Assembly: GCA_963706025.1 (NCBI GenBank)
Contig: CAVPLM010000005.1
Coordinates: forward strand, 704,001 to 768,000
Direction: 5' to 3'
DNA from: an uncultured Actinomycetes bacterium
GTDB taxonomy: Bacteria; Actinomycetota; Thermoleophilia; RBG-16-64-13
Length of the DNA stretch: 64,000 nt
The notes beneath the pieces were generated by a model. The model was not told the origin of the DNA. It did no database searches and saw only the letters and a program-made list of their open reading frames with translations. Made by a program: the position numbers and the translations under genes. Each line of letters starts with the position of its first letter. The stretch's first letter is position 1. Positions 40,385-49,968 of this stretch are shown here, one piece after another.

Positions 40385-41424
40385 ACATCCCCACGGCTGT
40401 GGCCACAGGGGTGGTTTCGCTGGGTACGGTGGCCTATGCAGTGCGCAAGACCAGCAAGGACCTCGGCGAGCGGACCATCCCCCTCATGGGCGTGACCGCA
40501 GCCTTCATCTTCGCCGCCCAGATGCTCAACTTCCCGGTGGCCGGGGGCACGAGCGGGCACTTCCTGGGGGCGATGCTTGCGGTCGCGCTCTTGGGGGTGT
40601 GGCCGGCCCCCATAGTGATGACCGTGGTCCTCGTGGTCCAAGCCCTGGGCATGGCAGACGGGGGTATCACGGCGCTGGGAGCCAACGTGTTCAACATGGG
40701 TGTGGTCGCGGTGTTCGTCGGCTACGGGGTCTTTGTTGGACTCAAGAAGATCCTCCCCCGCACCCTCCCCGGCTATCTGGTCTCGGTGGCCGTGGCCTCT
40801 TGGATCTCGGTGGTCGCGGCGTCGGCCGCCGCCTCTGCCGAGCTGGCCATCTCGGGAACCGTGCCGCTGGGCGTGGCTCTCCCCGCGATGGTCTCCGTGC
40901 ACATGGTCATCGCAATCGGTGAGGCCCTGATCACCACCGTGGTGGCAGCCGCGGTCCTTGCCACCCGCCCCGATCTGGTCAAGACCTTCGACCTGCCTCT
41001 CGAGACCGTCCGCCGCACCGCCGGACGGCCGGTCGCCCGTATGAGCGGAAGAGCCCGCTTCTGGTCGTTCGTCGCCGGTGCGGTGGTCGTTGCCGTCGCC
41101 TTAGCGGTGTTCGTCTCTCCGTTCGCTTCCGGCTCTCCAGACGGCCTGGAGAAGGTGGCGGCGGACAGGGGCTTCGAAACCGCGGCGGCCGAGGAACCGA
41201 CGTGGGGCCTCTCTCCGCTCGGCGACTACCAGCTCCCCGGAGTCGGCAACGAGAAGGTGGCCACGGCGATCGCCGGGTTGTTGGGCACGGTCGTCCTTTT
41301 CGCCCTTGTCGTCCTCGCGGGGCGCGCATTGAGCGGCCGTCGACTCACCCCGGCCGTGCAGCCTGCGGGAACGAACAGAGGTTCCGGCAACGCGCCGCCC
41401 CCTGATCCCTCCGGCAAGCCCTAG
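40360..41424 (+). CDS. cbiM: ECF Ni/Co S component CbiM/NikM fused to a PDGLE (NikN-like) domain
   Basis: MHIPDG N-terminus (GTG 40360), FAAQMLNFP, GTSGH, ADGG, ASGSPDGLEKVA. Confidence 0.9.
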   Translation: MHIPDGFVDIPTAVATGVVSLGTVAYAVRKTSKDLGERTIPLMGVTAAFIFAAQMLNFPVAGGTSGHFLGAMLAVALLGVWPAPIVMTVVLVVQALGMADGGITALGANVFNMGVVAVFVGYGVFVGLKKILPRTLPGYLVSVAVASWISVVAASAAASAELAISGTVPLGVALPAMVSVHMVIAIGEALITTVVAAAVLATRPDLVKTFDLPLETVRRTAGRPVARMSGRARFWSFVAGAVVVAVALAVFVSPFASGSPDGLEKVAADRGFETAAAEEPTWGLSPLGDYQLPGVGNEKVATAIAGLLGTVVLFALVVLAGRALSGRRLTPAVQPAGTNRGSGNAPPPDPSGKP

Positions 41425-41464
41425 GGCGTGCCCTCGCCGGATAGCCGGATAGGATGACCACAAG

Positions 41465-42243
41465 ATGGCGCTGACCGGGGTCGACTCCCTACTCACCGAG
41501 ACCCGCGCAGTGGCAAAGCCGGCTGCACCGGCTCGATGCACGGGCCAAGATCCTGGGATTCATCGGGTTCACGGTGGTGGTGGTCACGACGCCGGCTCTG
41601 CCCGTATGGCCCTTCGTGCTCTACGCCGGGATCCTGTTCTTCCTCATCGGCGTCTCGCGTCTCCCGCTCAAGCATGTGCTCGGGCGCGCCCTCGTGGTGC
41701 TCCCCTTCATCCTGGTCGTTGCCATCTTCTTGCCTTTCTTCCATCAGACCGGAGGCGGCGGCTACAGCCTGGGCGGCATGCGGGTGACCGGCGAAGGCCT
41801 GCTCGTTCTGTGGAACGTGGGAGCGAAAGCCGTCCTGGGCGCACTCAGCATGATCGTGCTCGGTTCGACCACCACTTTCGCCGAGATGGTCTCGGGTTTC
41901 GAGCGCTTGAAGACGCCCAAGATCTTCGTCCTCATCGTGAGTTTCATGTACCGGTACAGCTTCGTGTTCATCGAGGAACTGGGGCGCATGCGGCGCGCTA
42001 TGACTGCCCGCAACTACCGAGCACGTTGGCTATGGAACGTGCCCACCCTGGGCTACATGCTGAGCGCCCTTTTTCTGCGCAGCTACAGCCGCGGGGAGCG
42101 GGTGTACGTAGCCATGCTCAGCCGTGGCTACGAGGGTACGGTGAGACTGCTCGAGGGGAGCCGGTTCGGAGCGGTCGACGCCGTCTTCCTCGGCGGCCTC
42201 TCTGCTGGCCGTGGTCTCGATCCGCGCGCTCTCAGCGCTGTGA
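41465..42243 (+). CDS. cbiQ: ECF transmembrane component (frameshifts near 41520 and 42200)
   Basis: LHRLDARAK, MYRY, AMTAR, RSYSRGERVYVAMLSRGY. Confidence 0.88.
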
Positions 42244-43061
42244 AGAGCGCCCTGAGTCCGAAGCTGCAAAGCCTGACCGGCAGGCCGTTCCCCGAAGGAC
42301 AGCCGCCGGCCGTGGAGGCCGAAGACCTCCATTTCGCCTATCCAGACGGCACTGAGGTCTTGCGGGGGGTGGGATTCACCATCCGGCAGGGCGAGTCGGT
42401 GGCCATCATCGGCCCCAACGGGGCGGGCAAGACCACTCTCCTCCTCCACCTGAACGGTATCCTCCGCGGCACGGGAAGCCTCCGCATATTCGGCCTAGCC
42501 GTCGAGGACAAGAACCTGCGCGAGATACGCCGCAAGGTAGGCGTAGTCTTCCAGGATCCTGAGGACCAGCTGTTCCTCACCAGCGTGGCCCAGGATGTGG
42601 CGTTCGGACCGGCCAACATGGGCCTAGAGAAAGACGAGATCGCCCTCCGGGTCAAAGAGGCGCTCGCTGCGGTGGGCATGCAGGGGTATGCAGACCGTCC
42701 CGCCCACCATCTTTCGTTCGGCCAGAAGAAGCGTGTCGCCACCGCGACCGTCCTGGCCATGCGTCCGGAGATCCTTGTGCTGGACGAACCTTCGTCCAAC
42801 CTGGACCCCAAGTCCCGGCGTCAGCTCATTCGCATCCTGCAAGACCTGCCGGTCACCAAGATCATAGTCACCCACGACCTTCCGGTGGCCTACGAGCTGT
42901 GCGACCGGGCGCTGATCTTGGCGGAGGGGCGGATCATGGCCGATGGACCCACAGAAGACATACTGCTCGACAAGGCCCTCCTCGCGGCTCACGATCTGGA
43001 GCTGCCCTACGGTTTCGTCCCACCCCGGTTGTCAGCTCATGGGCTCCGTGGGCGGCTGTAG
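42240..43061 (+). CDS. cbiO: ECF ATPase
   Basis: GPNGAGKT, FQDPEDQLF, LSFGQKKR, LDEP, THD. Confidence 0.92.
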   Translation: MKSALSPKLQSLTGRPFPEGQPPAVEAEDLHFAYPDGTEVLRGVGFTIRQGESVAIIGPNGAGKTTLLLHLNGILRGTGSLRIFGLAVEDKNLREIRRKVGVVFQDPEDQLFLTSVAQDVAFGPANMGLEKDEIALRVKEALAAVGMQGYADRPAHHLSFGQKKRVATATVLAMRPEILVLDEPSSNLDPKSRRQLIRILQDLPVTKIIVTHDLPVAYELCDRALILAEGRIMADGPTEDILLDKALLAAHDLELPYGFVPPRLSAHGLRGRL

Positions 43062-43235
43062 GGGCATGACCAACCAGAGGATGATGTAGAGAAGGATCCC
43101 CACCCCAACCAGCAGGGTCAGGGCTATCCAGATGACCCGCACCAGGGTGGGGTCGACGTTGAAATACTCCGCCAGGCCTCCACAGACCCCGCCGAGTATC
43201 TTCTCGGTCCGGGACCGCTGCAAACGCTTCTCCAT
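43032..43235 (-). CDS. pspC: PspC domain protein
   Basis: RSRTEKILGGVCGGLAEYFNVDPTLVR..YIILWLVMP. Confidence 0.9.
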   Translation of the reverse strand: MEKRLQRSRTEKILGGVCGGLAEYFNVDPTLVRVIWIALTLLVGVGILLYIILWLVMPLQPPTEPMS

Positions 43236-43284
43236 GTGAGTCTCCTTTTCTAGCCCGTCCCACGCGCCTCCGCGTGCAGAACGG

Positions 43285-43488
43285 TCAGCGGTCGCCGCGG
43301 TCGGCGATCTGTTCGCGATACAGGTCGGTGTTGTACATCACGCATTCACTGTTCACGCAGTACCACACCCGGTAGGTGCTGCACTCGCCCGTCGAGCGAC
43401 TGACGCCTGTGCCGGTGCGCTCCGCTTCCTCGACCCGATCGGCGAGGGGCTTGCTGCAATTGATGCAGGTCTTGACCTCGTCTACCAC
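43285..43488 (-). CDS. Small Cys-containing putative zinc-ribbon protein (67 aa)
   Basis: AAGGGGAG RBS, GTG start, CINC...WYCVNSEC. Confidence 0.6.
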   Translation of the reverse strand: MVDEVKTCINCSKPLADRVEEAERTGTGVSRSTGECSTYRVWYCVNSECVMYNTDLYREQIADRGDR

Positions 43489-43514
43489 CTGACTCCCCTT
43501 CCCAGATAGCGTGT

Positions 43515-44114
43515 TTACCCTGTGCGCGTGCCCCGTGGCCGCCCCAACCGGCGACCGATGTCCTCGGCTACCGCTCGAGCCTCGGGGTGTTCCAGTATCT
43601 CGCCCTTGGCGTCCACGCCCGGGCACAGCAGATCGCCCGCCGGTGACACCTCCAGCATATGCCAGAAGGTGCGCATCACCAGGCGGCATCCGTCGAAGAC
43701 GTAGTCGAACGAAGTGCCGGAGCAACTCAGGAACGCCCCCAATCTCTCCGGGCGGCCCGGTTCGGTGATGGCTTGCTTCAGCACGTACTTGAGCGCCCAG
43801 AAAGGCTGGCAGCGGTCGATCACCATCTTGGGGACCGCCGGAATGCCCATGGAGTACACCGGGGCGGCCAGTACGATCGAATCGGCGTTCCGCAGTTGCG
43901 GATAGAGCAGATGCATGTCGTCCTTCTGTATGCATACGCCATCGCGCGAGCAGGCGTCGCAGGCCCGGCAGCCGTGAAGATCGAGGTCGCAGAGCCGGAA
44001 CTTGACCACTTCGGCGCCCTCGTCCGCGGCTGCGGCCAGGCACCAGTCGAGAAGGGTCTCAGTGTTCCCGTCACGACGGGCGCTACCCGCCAGACCGAGC
44101 ACGGTCATGGTCAC
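43515..44114 (-). CDS. Iron-sulfur flavoprotein (flavodoxin-like FMN reductase family)
   Basis: GSARRDGNT, CRACDAC..C..DDM, APVY, IDRCQ. Confidence 0.9.
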   Translation of the reverse strand: MTMTVLGLAGSARRDGNTETLLDWCLAAAADEGAEVVKFRLCDLDLHGCRACDACSRDGVCIQKDDMHLLYPQLRNADSIVLAAPVYSMGIPAVPKMVIDRCQPFWALKYVLKQAITEPGRPERLGAFLSCSGTSFDYVFDGCRLVMRTFWHMLEVSPAGDLLCPGVDAKGEILEHPEARAVAEDIGRRLGRPRGTRTG

Positions 44115-44119
44115 CTACT

Positions 44120-45328
44120 CTACTCCCCCGCCGTCTTGACTTTGCGGGCCACCTGCCGGCCCAATTCCACGCATGCTGCCAGCTCGTCCTCGCTGGGCCT
44201 GTACTTGACCTCGATCGGCTCCACCATGTCGAGGCCCATGGCCCTGAGTTCCGCATCGATCTGCTTCACGGCCCCTCCGGCCCACCCACAGGAGCCGTAG
44301 GCTCCGGAGATGCGCTTGCGCGGCCGAAGACCCCGGATGTAGGTGAGGAACTCCCCTACTGTCGGGAACATGTTGTTGTTGAGGGTAGGCGACCCCACCA
44401 GGAAAGCGCGGGACTCGAGGACCATCCGCGCCACCTCCGACCGGGGGTTGCTGCTGAGCCTCGCGACCACGCAGTCCACGCCCTCTTGAGCGACGCCGTC
44501 CGCGATGGCCATGGTCATCTGCTCGGTGGAGTGCCACATGGTGTCGTAGATCAGCGACACCCGCTCCGGCGCCTGGAAGTCGCTCCACCCCGCATAGGCC
44601 TCCACAATGCGAGCCACGTCCTCGGGCCGGCGCCATATGACCCCGTGGCTGGGGCCGATCGCCTCGATCTCCAGACCCAGCTCGCCGATCTTGGCCAGCA
44701 TCTTCTGGATCTGAGTGCCGAATGGCATGAGGATGTTGGCGTAGTACTTACTGGCCTCTTCCATGACCACGCTCAAGTCGACTTCGTCGGCGAAGCGCTT
44801 GGAGGTGGCCAAGTGCTGACCGAAGGCATCGTTCGGCAGAAGGGTCTTGGCCTGCTTCACGTAGGTGAACATGCTGTCCGGCCAGTGCAGCATGGGCGCC
44901 TCGATGAACTGCAGAGTATTGCGACCGAGGGAGACCTCGTCTCCGGTGCCGACCACCTGGATATTCCAACCATCCACGGTCGCGCCCCCGTAGTAGACGG
45001 CAAGCACGTCCTTGGCCCTTTTCGAACAGAAGATCCGCTCGGGGCTCAGCTGCTCCACCAGCCAGGGGATGGCCCCGGAGTGATCGGGCTCCACGTGGTT
45101 GATGATCAGGTAGTCGACTGGGCGGAGGCCGCAGCAGCCGCGCACGCGAGCCAGCACCTCCGGGCCGAAGCCCTCCCGGCATCCGTCGACCAGAGCCACC
45201 TTCTCGTCCAGGATCAGATACGCGTTATAGGTGGTCCCCCGGGGGGTCTCGTAGCCGTGGAAATCACGGACGTTCCAGTCGATGGCACCCGTCCACCATA
45301 TGTCGTCCTTCAGCAGATACCGCTCCAT
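44120..45328 (-). CDS. fprA: Flavodiiron protein (O2/NO reductase)
   Basis: GTTYNAYL, NHVEPDHSG, HWPDSM, NDAFGQH, flavodoxin YDTMWHST, GSPTLN. Confidence 0.95.
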   Translation of the reverse strand: MERYLLKDDIWWTGAIDWNVRDFHGYETPRGTTYNAYLILDEKVALVDGCREGFGPEVLARVRGCCGLRPVDYLIINHVEPDHSGAIPWLVEQLSPERIFCSKRAKDVLAVYYGGATVDGWNIQVVGTGDEVSLGRNTLQFIEAPMLHWPDSMFTYVKQAKTLLPNDAFGQHLATSKRFADEVDLSVVMEEASKYYANILMPFGTQIQKMLAKIGELGLEIEAIGPSHGVIWRRPEDVARIVEAYAGWSDFQAPERVSLIYDTMWHSTEQMTMAIADGVAQEGVDCVVARLSSNPRSEVARMVLESRAFLVGSPTLNNNMFPTVGEFLTYIRGLRPRKRISGAYGSCGWAGGAVKQIDAELRAMGLDMVEPIEVKYRPSEDELAACVELGRQVARKVKTAGE

Positions 45329-45336
45329 TCACGCTC

Positions 45337-45549
45337 CTACTCGGTCACGCCTTCGTCGCAATAGTAGCCTTTGGTCAGCCCATACTCGGGCCAGAGCGGA
45401 CAGTCGCCGCACGCGCAGCCCCGCCGGCGCACAGATCCGAGGCTCTTGCCCCTGGCGCAGTAGAAGTCCAGGTCGTCCTGGGGTTTTGAAGGGCACTCCC
45501 CGCAGATGCATTTCGCCATGTTCTCTTCTGTGTCCGGCACCTTGCCCAC
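45337..45549 (-). CDS. DUF2769-like small Cys-rich protein
   Basis: CICGECPS..FYCARGKS..GCACGDCP..YYC; GAGGAGG RBS. Confidence 0.8.
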   Translation of the reverse strand: MGKVPDTEENMAKCICGECPSKPQDDLDFYCARGKSLGSVRRRGCACGDCPLWPEYGLTKGYYCDEGVTE

Positions 45550-45664
45550 TATCGCCTCCTCTTCTCGAAGCCGCGGTCTAGTCTGGCCTGCCCGCTACGG
45601 CTCTTTCGTAAACCTTCCTGCACGTTTCGACCGGCGCCTTCGGCCGGCCGCAAACCTGGGACAT

Positions 45665-46651
45665 TCAAACTCGAAGTCGCCTGCCCAGGACAAGCTGGGC
45701 TCCGGTCGTCTCCAGGTCCAGGACCTCGATCTCGACAAAACCGGCCGCCGTAAGCCAATCACGGTACTGTTCCTCAGTCCAGACCCCACCCTCCTCGGTC
45801 GCCTGAAGCATGTTCACCGCGAACCGGGCCGCCCGAGGGCTCCGTCCCCACACGTGATCCTGGATGGCGATCGTCCCCCCAGGGAGAAGGATCGAAAAGA
45901 CCTCCTGGGTCACGCGCCCGTTCGTCACCGGGCCGTAGATGTGTAGGACGTTGCCCAGATACACCAGGTCGAACGGGCCGACGGGAAGGGATTGCGTGAA
46001 GTCCCCCCCCACCAGGGCGATATCACTCCCCTCGTCGCCCAGGAACTCGCGGGCAAGGGGGAGCACGTTCTCCCGGTCGAACAACGTGGCCCGCACCCCA
46101 CATCGGGAGAAGTGCCGGGCCACGTGGCCAACGGCGCCCCCCACATCCAGCATGGTGCGGGCCGGACCAGAGTAGGCCAGACACCTCTCGACTATCTCGT
46201 CGAGCACGGCCGGGTCGCGCTCCCCCATCGCCCCCACCAGGGTGCGGACGTCGCGTTGGGCAGGATCGCGAGGAAGAGGCCGCCCCGTGCGGATGACCTC
46301 GGGCAGCTCGAGCCAGCCCCGCAGCTTGTTCACCTGGTGCATCAGGCCGAACCGCTCCGATTCCGGACCCTCGTCCACAAGATGCGCTCTCCCCAGCGCC
46401 GATAACCGATAGAGGGCGCCCCCGTCGCCAGGGTCCTCCGGAGCGCCTCCGAGCCGCTCGACGACGCCCTCCCCCGCCAGAGCCTCGAGCACGATTCGAG
46501 TCGCCCGAGGATGTGCTTCCGCTCTCTGGGCCGCGGCCTCGGCCGTCAAAGCTTCGCCCGTCGCCAAGGCGTCGATCAGACCGGAGCGCAGGGCCCCAGC
46601 GAGCAACAGCAGCCGCTCCACCGCTGCTCCATCTACCAGCGAGTTCTTCAT
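45665..46651 (-). CDS. SAM-dependent O-methyltransferase (Methyltransf_2 type)
   Basis: N-terminal dimerisation region, MLDVGGAVG, GGDF, GNVLH, AAGF; ATG 46651 overlaps the upstream stop (ATGA). Confidence 0.88.
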   Translation of the reverse strand: MKNSLVDGAAVERLLLLAGALRSGLIDALATGEALTAEAAAQRAEAHPRATRIVLEALAGEGVVERLGGAPEDPGDGGALYRLSALGRAHLVDEGPESERFGLMHQVNKLRGWLELPEVIRTGRPLPRDPAQRDVRTLVGAMGERDPAVLDEIVERCLAYSGPARTMLDVGGAVGHVARHFSRCGVRATLFDRENVLPLAREFLGDEGSDIALVGGDFTQSLPVGPFDLVYLGNVLHIYGPVTNGRVTQEVFSILLPGGTIAIQDHVWGRSPRAARFAVNMLQATEEGGVWTEEQYRDWLTAAGFVEIEVLDLETTGAQLVLGRRLRV

Positions 46652-47868
46652 GACTTCTCCAAGGGGAAGCCGGCCGCCTTCCATTCGCCCACACCACCGG
46701 CAAAATCCCGCACGTTCGTGAAACCCAACTGTCGCAGCTTATCAGCTGCGATAGCGCTGGCTTCTCAGGTGAAGGCGTCGCAGTAGAGGACGATGGGCTC
46801 GTCCACCTTGAACCGCTGCCGGGCCTCGCGGGCCAGACCCCTGAAGTCCATCCACTCGGACCCGGGTAGATGCCCTGCCCGCCAGTGCTTCTCACCCAGC
46901 ACGTCGACAAGGCGGAAATGCTCCTGTCCATCCATCAATCCCCGAAGATCCTGGACCGTGATCGTACCGACGCTCGGTCGGCCGGCCTCGGGATCGTAGA
47001 AGACCATGTAGGCGGCGGCGCTGTAGTATCCGGCCTTTCGGAAGATGCGCCGCCGGCCGGGCTCAGCCGCATCGATAACCGCGGCCGGCCGGCTACCTTC
47101 TCTCCAAACAGCTTCGGTGCACCGGCCAAGCGCCCAGGCCAGGTCGTCCTCGCCTGTGTGCGCGACGGCCAGATCGAGTAGCTCGTGCGTCCCGTCTCCT
47201 CCGTCAAGCCGAGCGATCACGGCAACAGGATGCCCGTCCTGCAGCAGCGCCCAGCTGCGCCCCTGGCGGGCCAAGGTATCGAGTTCGGCGACGATCGAGG
47301 CCTGGTCGGCCTTCGAGTGGCTATGCGATCCGGGCTCGTGCTCGTGCTCACCGCCGGCACGTTCCAGCAACTCCCTAAGACCAGGCAGGTGCTCGGGGCC
47401 AAGCTCGACGACCACAACCCCCGCGGGAGCCTGTGCCGCGGCTTCGCCCGCGATCTCACCCGGCTCCTCGGGTAGCATGACCAAAGCAGCCGCCTCCACC
47501 TCGTTTCCCCTAGCCAGCAACGTGGCGTTTAGCCGGCAGTCGTCGGTGCGGACCAGGTAGGCGGTGGGACGCAGGCGCTCCCTGACCAGATCGAGCACGT
47601 CCTCGTAGCGGGTTTGGTGAGCGGCCGTCAGGTACAACTCGACCACAGTAATGTGCGTGTGCCCGCTATGCGGCCTCTCGACGGCCAAGACGTAGCCCAA
47701 GTCCTGCTGTGGCCCTTCGGCTCCGCCGGCCTCTTGGACCAAGTGAGCCGCCGCCTCCCGGCTCAAGCGAGAGTAGAACTCGGGTACGACCGCCAACGAA
47801 GATCCGCGCTGTCTCTCTTCGCGCAGGCTCGCGATCCGTTCTGGATCGACCTGAGTCAGCTCCATCAT
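46648..47868 (-). CDS. Selenoprotein: GNAT-like region + His-rich linker + rhodanese domain with CxxxxU (406 aa)
   Basis: The ORF track stops at TGA 46765-46767 inside the rhodanese fold; reading through gives YCDAFT-U-EASAIAADKLRQLGFTNVRDFAGGVGEWKAAGFPLEKS. Confidence 0.87.
46732..46751 (-). promoter_or_regulatory. SECIS-like hairpin of the rhodanese gene
   Basis: UCGCAGCU-GAUA-AGCUGCGA starting 13 nt after the UGA. Confidence 0.78.
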
Positions 47869-48007
47869 CTACTTCCCTGGCGGACGACGAACGAGAGCAT
47901 GGCCATCTCCTCGTTACCGATCGCCGCGGCGATCGGCGGGTGTTGCTGGACCACCCCGTGGACGAACGCGCTGGTCTTCCCTTTCCCGTAGCACTAGAAT
48001 CCCACGC

Positions 48008-48436
48008 ATGTGGGTGAGTGTACACGCCTTGTCCGGTCTGACGCTGGGGGCCTTGGCGCCGCTGGGAATGGTCCTGACGGTCGTTTGCGCTCTCGTGCTG
48101 CACCTGCTCCTGGACCTGGTGCCGCACTGGGACTATACGGGACACCGCCTCCGCACCTTGTGGGCGTTTCTGGATGTAGCCGTTTCGATCGCCGCGGTCG
48201 TGACGCTCGCCCTCGTTCTGGATCTGCCCGGCCGGGCCGTCGTGGCCGCTATCGTCTCCGCTCTCCCCGACCTCGACGTGTTCGATGCGGTCCTACCCGG
48301 TTCGAAGCATCGGCGTTGGTTTCCCAGTCACTGGCGAGGATTTCCTCATGGCAGGGCAAGTCCCCTGGTAGGCATCCTCCTGCAGGCGGTCGTCGCCCTG
48401 GGTGCTATCGTCATATTGGTCGTGTCGGCCGAGTGA
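48008..48436 (+). CDS. Hypothetical membrane protein (possible metal-dependent hydrolase)
   Basis: Hydrophobic; H..HLLLDLVPHWD..PDLD..H..H motifs; TAGAAT 7 nt before the ATG. Confidence 0.65.
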   Translation: MWVSVHALSGLTLGALAPLGMVLTVVCALVLHLLLDLVPHWDYTGHRLRTLWAFLDVAVSIAAVVTLALVLDLPGRAVVAAIVSALPDLDVFDAVLPGSKHRRWFPSHWRGFPHGRASPLVGILLQAVVALGAIVILVVSAE

Positions 48437-49903
<1,467 letters not shown>

Positions 49904-49968
49904 CCACCGAGTCCGAGGTGCCTTGGGAGGAGGTCGCCGGCCGGCCGTCGCGGCCGGCTGGGAGGAAC

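Noticed and set aside
41574-43061. Apparent cbiQ-cbiO fusion (495 aa)
   Set aside because: A GTGA start/stop overlap at 42240-42243 indicates two genes joined by an indel.
45575-45667. UGA read-through at the end of the methyltransferase
   Set aside because: The domain is already complete, the downstream frame is not protein-like and there is no comparable hairpin.
47865-47995. Open frame CYGKGKTSAFVHGVVQQHPPIAAAIGNEEMAMLSFVVRQGSR ending on the rhodanese start
   Set aside because: Bounded by an upstream TAG, with no convincing start/RBS and no recognisable family; at most a gene remnant.
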